DNA from: Octopus vulgaris
Taxonomy: Eukaryota
Assembly: GCA_951406725.2 (NCBI GenBank)
Contig: OX597831.1
Location: forward strand, 52,452,001 to 52,516,000
Length of the DNA stretch: 64,000 bases
Direction: 5' to 3'
Made by a program: the position numbers and the translations under genes. The notes below the pieces were generated by a model. That model saw only the letters and a program-made list of their open reading frames with translations. It searched no databases and was not told where the DNA came from. Shown one piece after another: positions 14,321 through 27,429 of this stretch (positions are counted from its first letter, which is position 1; each line of letters starts with the position of its first letter).

Positions 14321-14835
14321 TCTTATTCTTTTACCTCCTCTTGTCCCACTATTCTCTCCTATTACTCTGTCACTCTCCCTCCTTCACTTCTCCTCCCTTG
14401 CTCACGTGGCTTCGACGTGACCATCGGCCATCTTTCTATCTTCTCCTAACTTGTGTTTCTTTCTTTCTCTCCGTTGTAGGTGGAACAAAGAAGACGTGTT
14501 CTTGTCCTGTCCAAGCTTGATTTACACGTTCACCACCACAACCTCGTTTAGGCTTAGCAGCCCTTCTTGTTTGTTTTCACTGTCCATTTTGTGTTACCAA
14601 TTTTGACCCTTCACAAATCCCAAATTTTAGTTAATTTGCTTAGCGTATCTTGTCGTTAAATGCTCGAAATACGAAGCTAGAAAAACAGCCAACAACTGAT
14701 GAAGGGTCGTTCTTTATGTTGTTTGTTTTGTTTTCTATTTGTGTTTTTCGTTGTTTGAATGAATAGTTCATGTTCCATGTACTCGTGCTTCGTATTTTTT
14801 GTTGTACACGTTTCGTGACGTCCTGTGCCCACATA

Positions 14836-14888
<53 letters not shown>

Positions 14889-15724
14889 GTATAGATGCAT
14901 ATGCATATATATATATATTATTTATATCATTATATGATTGAACGCCACGCGTCCTCTTTCAAGTAAGTTATATATATATGTATGTGTGTGTGTATGTATG
15001 TATGTATGTATGTATGTATGTATGTATGTATGTATGTATGTATGTATGTATGCATGCATGCATGTATGTATGTATATATGTATATGAAACACTGTGATCG
15101 ATAAAATAACACGATATAGCTGATTTTAACCGGATAGCAGATATATCACGATATCATAATCATTTTATCACATGATGTGAAAGTATATAAACACCACATG
15201 ACAAGATATATAACACGATAAAAAATGTTGTAATAGGATCTAAGCCGGTATAACTAAATATAACTGATATCAAATAAATGGCACATACATTTATATTTTA
15301 TTAACCAATACCCATGCCATTAGATACGCTCTTACCATGGTTTCATAGAGATATCAATTCCAGGTGATTAACATATACTTGAAAGCCAGTGTGAAACTTG
15401 TGTAGATTTTTATGATTATAATTATTAAAATATAAATCCCTGCAATACTAAAATAAAATTTTAAAAAAACATTAACAAATTTTTTTAAACTGTATTATAA
15501 CACAGTACAATGTGATATAACAATATAACATGACAAAATGTCTAATAACATAGTGTGATATATTCTGAACGTGTAGGTTGCATGATTTAACTAAATACTA
15601 AAATTTGATTTTTTTTTTCTTTTTAATCCTAACTAAATAATCTTACACACTCGCGCGTGCGACCCAGCCACTTATGCACGTATACATATGTGTATACATA
15701 CACATAGCTACGTACATATGTATG

Positions 15725-15784
<60 letters not shown>

Positions 15785-15992
15785 CATCTGTATTAATCAT
15801 AATGCGGCACAAGAGGACGGCGAAGGAACATACGGAAAACTGGAAGAAATACACACAGTGGACGCGAAAACATATTCCCCTTCCTCATCAGTTATTGACC
15901 AAATATCATCACAATTTCGACACCTTCCGAAAATATTGTTCAGTCTGGTGGTGTTAGTAACATAAGCTGCTGGGATGCACATGAGCGGACGT

Positions 15993-16073
<81 letters not shown>

Positions 16074-16704
16074 GCAAGCAGGAAGGCAGGCAGATATAAT
16101 ATTAGAGAATTGTGCATAAGAATCATATTGATAAATATTTGAAAAAATATAAGGAAGCCACCTGGGGCATAATTTTTTTATGAACAATTCATTTAAAGTA
16201 ACTAACTAACTCAATAAATAAAACGGCCTCGTCAAAGTTCGTGTGAAATATAGTACATTTAGAAAACTCATTCAAAACCTCGGTTAACGTTTAAAGTTGA
16301 GATAATCCATTTAAGATAATCCATTTCTACATCAATGTCTTGATGGCGAAATTGTGAGCGTGCATGGATTATTTATTTATAATAAATTGGCCGTTTAAAA
16401 ATTAATGTACCAGATGGCGTTCTAATATTTTAGTTAAAATTTTCAATTAGATGATGCTTCTACATAATTTTTTAAATATTTAAATTCACGTTTTTGCCAG
16501 TCGATGAAGAATGTGAGAAGAGAAAGGAGGAAAGTATTACTGCTACAACTAACACTACACTAGACAAATGAGATTCCTTCCCGACTTTGTTTATTGGCAG
16601 ATTTCGAATGCCTATAACGACACTCGACACAATGGTTGATCGCTTGTTTAAATGAGCTCTGACGGACATCTTAACCTAGAAACACACACACATCTTGATA
16701 CTAT

Positions 16705-16742
<38 letters not shown>

Positions 16743-16745
16743 TGT

Positions 16746-16806
<61 letters not shown>

Positions 16807-16914
16807 TGTGCGTGTGTGTGTGAATGCGTGTAACTATTGTAGGATCTCCATAAAGCCTTTACAATCGTATGAAAAGCATTATTATTTTACTCTGTAATAT
16901 GCTCTGATAAATTT

Positions 16915-17130
16915 AAGACAGCGAACTGGCAGAATCGTTATTACGCCGGGCAGAATGCTTAGCAGCATTTCGTCCGTCTTTACATTCTTAGTTCAGATTC
17001 TGCCAAGGTCGTCTTTGCCTTTCTTCCTTTCAGGGTCGATAAAATAAGTACCAGTTGATCACTGGGGTCGATGTAATCGACTTAGCCCCTTCCACGAAAT
17101 TTCTGGCCTTGTGTCAAAGTTTGAAACGAA
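16915..17130 (+). mobile_element. SINE group B, single unit
   Basis: Matches the group B head and body. Confidence 0.8.
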
Positions 17131-17260
17131 TATTCTTTGGTAAATCTTTGCAAAGTTCTCTAAATATTTTTCAGACATTTAGTGGAATTTTTCAGACATA
17201 AGCATATGTCACTTAAGTGTATGTGCTGGTGGGTCCTTCACTGCGTGCTATCAAAAATTG

Positions 17261-17789
17261 TTGGGTTGTCCAGAAAGTTCATGCCAATTTATAGTAGCTT
17301 ACCTATCGACTTATTTTAGAACATGGTTGAGTCCATAAAATAGGATTTGACTACACCTCCATTTAGAGCACAGTTTAAGCTATCTTTTCGTGGAAGAAAG
17401 TTTATGTTCCTATAACCTGTGTTAATTCTGTAACCCTTTAAAATGGAAGATAAGAAAGTTCATTTTCGGCACTTGATGCTTTGGGAACCCCCACCCTCCA
17501 TATTCACCAGATATTGCTCCTTCGGATTTCCACTTATTCAGATCTCTGCAGAATAGTCTTAATGGTAAAGATTTCAATTTCTTGGATGACGTAAAAAGAT
17601 ACCTTGATGAATTCTTTGCCATGAAACCACCTCAATTATGGGAAGACGGTATTTTCAAGTTAAAGGAAAGATGGAGACACATTGTGCAACAAAATGGTTC
17701 ATATTTGGTTGATTAAAAATGTAATGGCAAGTATTTATTGACCTTTTTCTTTCCTTTAAAAATCGGCACCAACTTTCCGGATAACCCAA
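17261..17789 (+). mobile_element. internally deleted mariner (mellifera-subfamily-like)
   Basis: ~30-bp TIRs TTGGGTTGTCCAGAAAGTTCATGCCAATTT and revcomp TTGGGTTATCCGGAAAGTTGGTGCCGATTT; 3' TA. ATG at 17443 gives MEDKKVHFRHLMLWE, joined out of frame to HPPYSPDIAPSDFHLFRSLQNSLNGK...RWRHIVQQNGSYLVD* (stop 17714-17716). Confidence 0.9.
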
Positions 17790-17818
17790 TACATTCCGAT
17801 ATTAAAAATGATCATCAA

Positions 17819-18015
17819 AGAGGCAGTGAGTTGACAATCATTAGCACCTCGGGCAAAATGCTTAGCGGCATTTCTTCCGTATTTACGTTCTGAGTTCAAA
17901 TTCCGCCGATCTCAACTTTGTTTTTCATCCTTTCGGGTCAATAAATTAAGTAATAGTGTTTCACTGGGGTCGATGTAATCTAATAGTCCCCTCCCGCTAA
18001 ATTCAGGTCTCGTGA
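17819..18015 (+). mobile_element. SINE group B, diverged
   Basis: GGGCAAAATGCTTAGCGGCATTTC..GTTCAAATTCCGCCG..CACTGGGGTCGATGTAATC. Confidence 0.75.
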
Positions 18016-18161
18016 CACTTAACAACTATCAAACCCTTTTTCGGGCTAAATTCTGAAGTTAACGTCTTGTGTATTGGTCAGGTTCTGACTGATGCCTTTG
18101 TTGTTCAGCCCTATGTCCGTTTTCATTGAACAAGTCTTTTATCAAGGTCACTCCTGCACAT

Positions 18162-18291
<130 letters not shown>

Positions 18292-18330
18292 ATGTATGTA
18301 TATTCACATACATGTGCAGGAGTGACCTTG

Positions 18331-18372
<42 letters not shown>

Positions 18373-18382
18373 GCATTCTTTT

Positions 18383-18792
18383 ATTATTTTACTTGTTTCA
18401 GTCATCAGACTGAGGCCATGCTGGAGCACCGTCTTGAAGTGCTTGGGTCGAACAAAGCGACCCAGGACTTATTTTTTTTAAAGCCTAGTGCATATTCTAT
18501 CGGTCACTTTTGCCGAACCGCTATATTACGGGGACGTAAACACACCAACACCGGTTTCAAGCGGTGATTGTAGGGGACGAACAAAGACACACACACACAC
18601 ACATAGATATATACATACATATGCATATATACAACGGGCTTCTTTCAACCTCCGTCTACCAAACCCACTCACAAGACTTTCATCGGCCTCAGGCTATAGT
18701 AGAAGACACTTGCTCAAGGTGCCATGCAGTGTGACTGAACCCGGAACCATGTGGTCGGGAAGCAAGCTTCTTTCCACACAGCCATACCTGCG
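18383..18792 (-). mobile_element. SINE group A, full length
   Basis: Revcomp of the group A head, body and tail. Confidence 0.85.
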
Positions 18793-18869
18793 TCACATTA
18801 AAAAAGGATCAAACGTCCTTCCTGGGGCATAGGCTCATAAGGCTGGTTTTCCGGATTCTGTGGCATATA

Positions 18870-19364
18870 TCTATATATATAAAACTGTAGTTGTGTGAGT
18901 GTCTGTCCCCTTCGATTTAGATTCCTAACTACTCCCACATTTTGCGGTGCAGTTTAACCAAATTCGGGTATCTTATAGTCGTGATTCATATCGAGCCCGT
19001 CTGAGTATTAGCGCGCGTCTACGATGAGTCTATGATTTTAAAAATAATTTAACATCATTTTTTATTCCATTTTAATGCATAATTTTTCGTGTGTCGATGG
19101 CGGCGGAGTTGGCGTCCATGGTCACACCTGCACCTGTTTGCTTCTCCCCCTTCTTCCCTCCCTCGTGAAGCTGTGGGGAAGGGAGTGTAAGGAAATCAAC
19201 GTCGTAAAGCGTTGTCAAGGAGACCAGCGTTCTTTTAGAACAGGGACTTCATGGCTTGAAGACACCAAAACAGAAATGGCTAAGAAAGCCCCAATTAACT
19301 CTCTAAAAATGCTTATATAGTTATTTCCCTTACAAACCCGAGCAACGCCGGGCGATACTGCTAG
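18870..19364 (+). mobile_element. non-autonomous Helitron
   Basis: 5' TC(TATATATATAAAA), subterminal hairpin CCCGAGCAACGCCGGG, 3' CTAG. Inserted between A and T with no TSD. Near-identical inverse copy at 49634-50147. Confidence 0.88.
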
Positions 19365-19540
19365 TATATATATATATATATATATATTACTCTCCTGGAT
19401 GGGATACCGTCACAAGATTACTCAATTCTACCAGCTGGGTGGACTGGAGCAACGTGAAATGAAGTGCTTTACTCAAGAACACAACGTATCACCCAATCCA
19501 GAAATCGAAACTACAATTAGACGATCTTGAGTGTAATACC

Positions 19541-19955
19541 TATTTCTTTATTACCCACAAGGGGCTGAACATAGAGGGGACAAACATGGACAGACATAGG
19601 TATTAAGTCGATTACATTGACCCCAGTGCGAAACTGGTACTTAATTTATCGACCCCGAAAGGATGAAAGGCAAAGTCAACCTCGGCGGAATTTGAACTCA
19701 GAACGTAACGGCAGACGAAATACCTATTTCTTTATTACCCACAAGGGGCTAAACATAGAGAGGACAAACAAGGACAGACATAGGTATTAAGTCGATTACA
19801 TCGATCCCAGTGCGGAACTGGTACTTAATTTATCGACACCGAAAGGATGAAAGGCAAAGTCAACCTCGGTGGAATTTGAACTCACAACGTAACGACAGAC
19901 GAAATACCGCGAAGCATTTCGCCCAGCGTGCTAACGTTTCCGCCAGCTCGCCGCC
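19541..19955 (-). mobile_element. SINE group B, two-unit copy
   Basis: 15-bp TSD CTTGAGTGTAATACC at 19526-19540 and 19956-19970. Confidence 0.9.
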
Positions 19956-20517
19956 CTTGAGTGTAATACCATAACCACACATACAGGTGTGTGTGCGTTT
20001 GCGTGCGTGCGTGCGTGCGTGTGTGTCTGATTAGACTGTCCACTGAGTTCATCATTTTCCGAGATGATACAGTGTAATTTGAAAGATATTTCGACTGCTA
20101 TGTCTTGCATGGCAAGCAACCACATAGAGACTCTCCAGCTCAATGGGAATTGTAGACGTTACTCTGAAAAGTTAAAGTTAATTGCTTGTTTCTCCGTTCA
20201 GGATTGATTCATACGAAATCTGTTTTTTCCCCTTCTAGCTGTTGCTGTGTAGTTGTGTAATTGTTTGGTCCACTAGATCGACCCTTAGCTAGCAAAAACG
20301 TTTAACCAAATGCATTCCTGTTGTGACAATACCACCTTTTTTAGGAATGTCTTGGAATACATTAACTTATGTCTGGCTGTCTATCTTTTTTAATACGGAA
20401 ATTTACGATTGGAGAAAGATAGATTTGGTTGCTATTTCTAGCATGTTGAGCAACCACGTAGATGTTCCCATTTTGACACGTCCCGTGGTGCCTTGTATTA
20501 CATTAACTTATATCTGG

Positions 20518-20575
<58 letters not shown>

Positions 20576-21049
20576 TCATAATAGGGAAATATATATTTCT
20601 TTACTACCCACAAGAGGGGACAAACAAAGACAGACAAAGGGATTAAGTCGCCCGGCTAGCTAACGTTTCTGCCAGCTCGCCGCCCTATCGTATAATAGGG
20701 AAATATACGATTGGAGGAGATTGGGTTGTTACTTCTTGCGTGTTGAGTGACACGTAGATGTTTCTTCTTTGATTCGCTCCGATTTTAGTTCAAACTTCAA
20801 TAAAGAATTACTCTTTAACTCACCTCTTCTGCTCCATTATTTTCTCCTAAGCTGTTGAACCTAGAATGGCAGATCACAGAAAAAAAAACTCTCACCCAAT
20901 CGACAGGTTATTGGAAAGTGATAACAATCAAAATATCTAATCTGGTTCTCATGACCCAAACACACTCATCGATAAATCTTCCTTTTCTCCTCTCTCTTTC
21001 TTTTCTTTATTTGTGTCTTTTCTTCCTTTCTTTCTTTCTTTCTTTCTCG

Positions 21050-21087
<38 letters not shown>

Positions 21088-21395
21088 GCTAATTTAAGCT
21101 GATAAAATCGGTGCTAGTCTCCTGCATCGGCACATTTCCAAATAGTGTTGGTACACGGGGGAGTAGTCACGATGCTCAGGAGTATTGTTGAGTTTCCTAC
21201 TCTTCAAGCTTAGTGGGGAAACTCAAGGATAGTATGGACACTGATGAGTAAGGACTAGAGCAAGTTAAATGTATTGGAATTCACGAGTAATATTTGTACC
21301 CAGGAGTAATAATGTACCGGATAGCACTGGTACTCGAGAGTAGTACCGCTACACTAGAGTTGTGTTGGTCTACAGAAGAGTAGCATTGGCAGGCA

Positions 21396-22131
21396 GGAGT
21401 ATTATTGGTACACTCGTAGAGCACGGAAATAGTACTGGTACTCAAGAGTAGAATTAGTACACAGGTGTAACATTAAAGCTCAAGAGAAGTATAGCTATTC
21501 CACACTAGTATTGCCTATGACTATAAAAAAAAAAAATTAAAAAAAAACATAGCCGGTACCTATGGCTGAATATTTAGATGTTTTAGCTCTAAAGTTGTCG
21601 ATATATTACTGTCATCTGAAATGTCTTACACATGTCAAAGAAGGAGTATTATTGGTACACTCGTAGAGCACGGAAATAGTACTGGTACTCAAGAGTAGAA
21701 TTAGTACACAGGTGTAACATTAAAGCTCAAGAGAAGTATAGCTATTCCACACTAGTATTGCCTATGACTATAAAAAAAAAAAAATTAAAAAAAAACATAG
21801 CCGGTACCTATGGCTGAATATTTAGATGTTTTAGCTCTAAAGTTGTCGATATATTACTGTCATCTGAAATGTCTTACACATGTCAAAGAAGGAGTATTAT
21901 TGGTACACTCGTAGAGCACGGAAATAGTACTGGTACTCAAGAGTAGAATTAGTACACAGGTGTAACATTAAAGCTCAAGAGAAGTATAGCTATTCCACAC
22001 TAGTATTGCCTATGACTATAATAATAATAAAAAAAACATAGCCGGTACCTATGGCTGAATATTTAGATGTTTTAGCTCTAAAGTTGTCGATATATCACTG
22101 TCATCTGAAATGTTTTACACATGTCAAAGAA
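21396..22131. repeat. tandem triplication of a ~247-bp unit
   Basis: Units start GGAGTATTATTGGTACACTCG at 21396, 21643 and 21891 and are near-identical. Confidence 0.95.
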
Positions 22132-22777
22132 GTTACGGTATCATTACATCTTAACAAAGCAACTTTTTTCCCTCTTCCGCTTCTCAGTATCTCTCTTAAC
22201 TCCAAACCAATATTTCTAGCTTATCGCTCATAAATTACTCTAAGTCATAGTGTTAATGTGGTTGTTTAGCGCAAGCTCAGCCCTTATCGAGCAGAACAAA
22301 ATGCTAATGCGGTTAAACAAACAGGTAATTGCTAATGATCTATGGGAACCCTCTTACGCACGGAAAACGAAATATATCGGAACGACATAATAGTTGCTAT
22401 TGACAACAAACGTGCAGTAATTATATTCTTAACTTCTCTTCTGAATTATTGATTCTTTGAAGCAGATTCTATTTTTCAACACCTACCAATGTTCAGCCTT
22501 GTACATTTATTTCTTTACTCTCTCATCACTAATTCGGCAAGTAACGCGAACTTTATATTTCGCTGTTGAAGTCATAATAATGCCACAACATGCAAGGAGT
22601 TGTCTCCTATTCTCACTGAAAAAAATGAAAAATAATCTTCGATGATTAATATTTTTTGTCTTTTTCTTCATTACATAATTATTTCTATCTCGGAGGTTTT
22701 TATGATTTCTGGATTGAAACTAATAGTAACTTAGCTATTACTAACATTAACTTAACTATCGTTTTACAGGCATGCCT

Positions 22778-22941
22778 ATAGACGCAGGCATGACTATGTC
22801 GTCAAAAAGCTCGTTTTGCAGCCACGTGGTCTCGGGTTCAGTCCTACTGTGCGGCACCTTGGACAAATGTCTTCAAAAGTAGCCCCGGATCAACAAATGC
22901 CTTGTGAGTAAATTTGTCAGATAGAAAATGTGGAAGCCTTT

Positions 22942-23019
<78 letters not shown>

Positions 23020-23253
23020 AGCGCATGTGTTTTTGCGCTTGTGTTTGTTCCCACCACCATCACCATCACCACTTGATATCTGGTGTTGGTCTGCTTCGTC
23101 CCTGTAACATAGCAGCTTAAGAAAAATGACCGATAGAATAATTGTCAGACTTTGAAAAATAAGTTCTGGGATCGATATTTTTTTTTACTAAAACCCTTCA
23201 AGGTGGCACCCCAACTTGGCTGCTGTCCAATGACTGAAAGAAGTAGAAAATAA
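22778..23253 (+). mobile_element. SINE group A, diverged, with expanded internal (TG)n
   Basis: Head GGTTCAGTCC..GCGGCACCTTGG and tail AAGGTGGCACCCC..TGACTGAAAG. Confidence 0.75.
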
Positions 23254-23660
23254 AATATATAAGACATTGTCGGCTTTGGTATTTTATTAGATTGGTGCAG
23301 GCAGCATTTTGTTATTTTTGTTCTTGTGATGGTTGCATTTTACATTTTTTTATTATTTCTTAGCCACAAGCCAACACTGGTCGAAGAGACTTACGATCAA
23401 AGGCTTTTCAGATATAATGTATTTAGTCCAATAAGTTCTCACTTTATTTTTTAGACGGAAGGGTGATTTGAGGGAGATTTGGCGGCTATCTCTAGTAAAC
23501 AAGCCACCACTTCGAGGGTCCTTCATCGAAAATTTGCGAATCTTCCTGAAAACATTTTCAATAATTTTTGAAAAACGAAAATAATAATAAGCATATTAAA
23601 CATAACTTACATTGCAACAAACATGAAATATTTTGTTATAGAAATGATTTGTGCTGGTTA

Positions 23661-24053
23661 TGGAAGCACTCCGTCGGTTACGACGACGAGGGTTCCGGTT
23701 GATCCGATCAACGGAACAGCCTGCTCGTGAAATTAACGTGTAAGTGGCTGAGCATTCCACAGACATGTGTACCCTTAACGTAGTTCTCGGGGATATTCAG
23801 CGTGACACAGAGAGTGACAAGGCCGGCCCTTTGAAATACAGGTACAATAGAAACAGGAAGTAAGAGTGAGAGAAAGTTGTGGTGAAAGAGTACAGCAGGG
23901 ATCACCACCATCCCTGCCGGAGCCTCATGGAGCCTCATGGAGCTTTAGGTGTTTTCGCTCAATAAACACTCACAACGCCCGGTCTGGGATTCGAAACCAC
24001 GATCCTATGACCGCGAGTCCGCTGCCCTAACCACTGGACCATTGCGCCTCCAC
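23661..24053 (-). mobile_element. SINE group C with tail 1
   Basis: 11-bp TSD TGTGCTGGTTA at 23650-23660 and 24054-24064. Near-identical to 8410-8796. Confidence 0.92.
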
Positions 24054-24149
24054 TGTGCTGGTTAACGGAGTATATGAATGGCGACGACCTAGAAAACAGC
24101 CAACAACTGATAATAACACTCTCTTTTAATGCTTCTATGATTATTAGTA

Positions 24150-24882
24150 TGATAGTTACCTTCTGCACGCACTCGTTCAGTGTCCGGGTATTGCTGACTT
24201 GTGAATATATGTCGAATAGCTGCTGACGCGGGCAGGACGGAGCCGTCTATCGACCGAATCCTTAGTGACAATTGCCCCCCCCCCCCTTTAATTGGGCAGG
24301 TAAGTGAGTTTTCCTTTGCCTGGTGGCTGTGACGAAAGAGGTTTGTCTAGTAGACGACGTTGAAATACATGAGAACAAATGCATTCCTCTTTGGTCAAGG
24401 CCTCGTCGATTTTTTTCAAGTTTCACTTGGAAAGGAATGTGAAGGCAGAGAGGAAAGTGCTGTCCTTGAGTGAAGTTATTGAAAGGTGTGTGAAGGTGTA
24501 GACCCGTGAGTCGGAGAAAGGGAACTGGAGAGGGGACTTGCTCCTGGTGTTCAGGGAGATCTTGAATGGTGGGGTTCCTTGGTTATCTCTAGAGTTCCTC
24601 CTGTATCAGGAGGACTACATCACTACTTTCTTTTTCTTTTTTGCCTTTGTATACTTTGTATACTTCCCTTCCTGTTTATGTATACCTTGTATCCCATTTT
24701 CTTTACCTTTCTATACTGTATAAACTTCCCTTCTTGTTTATTGTATATCCGTGTACTGTATCCCTTTGTTTTATTATTGTTGTTATTATCTATTTTATCA
24801 TTTCATTTTATGTAAACACCCATACTTTATATCTGTCTTTGTATTGTCACCCATCATTCGCCCTGGTGGCAAATAAAAGAAA
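24150..24882 (+). mobile_element. L1/Tx1-type LINE 3' end (ORF2 C-terminus + 3'UTR)
   Basis: LHALVQCPGIADL zinc-knuckle remnant; FLFGQGLVDFFKFHLERNVKAERKVLS; pyrimidine-rich UTR ending AAATAAAAGAAA, then (TCA)n. Confidence 0.65.
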
Positions 24883-24894
24883 TCATCATCATCC

Positions 24895-24949
<55 letters not shown>

Positions 24950-24984
24950 CCTCATCATCATCATTATTGTTGTTTTTGTTGTTA

Positions 24985-25380
24985 AAGCGGCGAGCTAGCA
25001 GAATCGTTAGCACGCTGGACAAAATGCTTAGCGGTATTTCGTCTGCCGCTACGATCTGAGTTTAAATCCCGCCGATGTCGACTTTGCTTTTCATCCTTTC
25101 GGGGTCGATTAAATAAATACCAGTTACGCACTGGGGTCGATGTAATCGACTTAATCCGTTTGTCTGTCCTTGTTTGTCCCCTCTGTGTTTAGCCCCTTGT
25201 GGGTAGTAAAGAAATAGCCATTTCGCCCGTCGCTACGTTCTGATTTCAAATTCCGCCGAGGTCGACTTTGCTTTTCATCCTATCGGATCTCGATTAAATA
25301 AGTACCAGTTGTGTACTGAGGTTGGCGTAATCGATTATCTCCATTCCCCAAATTTAAGGCTTTGTACTTATAGTAGAAAG
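24985..25380 (+). mobile_element. SINE group B, two-unit copy
   Basis: Same layout as 4065-4455. Confidence 0.85.
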
Positions 25381-25381
25381 G

Positions 25382-25440
<59 letters not shown>

Positions 25441-25458
25441 TATTATTATTATTATTAT

Positions 25459-25512
<54 letters not shown>

Positions 25513-25608
25513 AAGGTATCATCGTCGTCGTCGTCATTGTTGCTGTTGTTGTTGTTGTTGTTATTGTTGCTATTATTATTATTATTGTTATTATTATTAT
25601 TATTATTA

Positions 25609-25684
<76 letters not shown>

Positions 25685-26191
25685 GCGAGAATAGGAAACG
25701 CACTAAGCACCAACAGTTAAGCATACCAAGAATCAGAAAGGTTTTCTCCTCTTTCTTCATAGACCCAGTTAGGGATTCCATTCATATTGACATCCTATCG
25801 ACAAGTTGCAGCTGAGGAAGAAAAAAAATGGGGATGAGATGAAGGAAAACAGTGATGAAGGACCGGTGCTGGGGGAATGGTGCTCGGGGAGGTGGTAATT
25901 ATTATAGAAATTATTGAGTTGGTAATTATTCCTGAAAATGGTGCAACCATCTGTAAACGCACCTGCTCTGTTCCATGCTGGATATTTTACAAGTAGAACA
26001 ACAACAACAACAGCAGCAACAAAAACAGCAATTACAACAAAACCAACAGCTTTAGCAACGTCGACAGCACAGTTGCTAAAAACCGTTTTTATCCCACCAC
26101 CACTAACATTACCATCTGCGATAACAACAACAAGGACAACAGCAACTCTTCTGACCTTGACAGCAGATTTGTTAAAAAAAATATGTCAACA

Positions 26192-26598
26192 ATAGGCGCA
26201 GGAGTGGCTGTGTGGTAAGTAGCTTGCTAACCAACCACATGGTTCTGGGTTCAGTCCCACTGCGTGGCATCTTGGGCAAGTGTCTTCTGCTATAGCCTCG
26301 GGCCGACCAATTCCGTGTGAGTGGATTTGGTAGACGGAAACTGAAAGAAGCCTGTCGTATATATGTATATATATATGTGCGTGTGTGTCTGTGTTTGTCT
26401 CCCTAGCATTGCTTGACAACCGATGCGTGTGTTTACGTCCCCGTCACTTAGCGGTTCGGCAAAAGAGACCGATAGAATAAGTACTGGGCTTACAAAAGAA
26501 TAAGTCCCGGGGTCGATTTGCTCGACTAAAAGGCGGTGCTCCAGCATGGCCTCAGTCAAATGACTGAAACAAGTAAAAGAGTAAAAGAGTAAAGAGTA
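26192..26598 (+). mobile_element. SINE group A, young full-length copy
   Basis: ATAGGCGCAGGAGTGGCTGTGTGGTAAG head through AGGCGGTGCTCCAGCATGGCC..TGAAACAAG(TAAAAGAG)n. Confidence 0.92.
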
Positions 26599-27357
26599 AC
26601 AATAAGAACAACAACAGCTGTAACAAGAGCCATAACGATCTGAGTTTGCCTCTGCGTGTCGCCTGAAAAAGCAGCTGAATCTACTGTCACACACGCGGAT
26701 CGCATCCAAATCGACAACCAAAACTCCAGAGTTCTCTCCCTTGCTGTTTTAAGAAGAATTGTTATTAACACTAAAGTTGTTTTTTTTCTTTTTGTTACAG
26801 TTATAATTCCATTAAAGGAAATACTATTTTCGGCTTCACACATGTTAGGCTGCGCTTAATTATGCATGTTTGATGTAGTACACTCTTCGGAGATATTGAA
26901 TAGCAGTTCATATGGCTGTCATTGTTGTTGTTGTCGTTGTCGTTGTTGTTGTTGGGGTGGGTATGGGGTGGTTGTGCAGGTGGGGGCGGCAGCGGCGATG
27001 TTGGTGGTGGTAGTGATATATCTAGTCGCAGGTCAAATCTAACGGGGCAGTTATATAATAGAAGATACAAAATCCGGATTTTCGCACGCAAACACGTATG
27101 TTTGTATGGATGTATGTATCTATGTCTGCGTTTCTGTGTGTGTGCGTGTATGTCTTTCGGTTTGTACTATATTTATCTCCTACCATCGCTTGACAAACCG
27201 GTGTTAGTTAATTTACCTCCTCCAACATAGCTACGCGGCAAAAGAACGTTAGAAGGTGTAATAGATTTACAAATAAATCATGTCATCGATTTGTTTGACT
27301 AAACATCTCAAAGGGGTGCCAAAACATGGCTGCAGTCTAATGACAGAAATAAGTAAA

Positions 27358-27426
<69 letters not shown>

Positions 27427-27429
<3 letters not shown>

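Larger units (their letters stand above)
18820..19978 (-). mobile_element. old SINE group D (tail 3), split by a Helitron and a group B SINE
   Basis: Pieces 18820-18869, 19385-19540 and 19971-19978 rejoin into a tRNA head + GTGTTCTTGAGTAAAGCACTTCATTTCACGTTGCTCCAGTCCAC body + CCATCCAGG..GCCACAGAATCCGGAAAACCAGCCTTATGAG tail. Confidence 0.6.
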
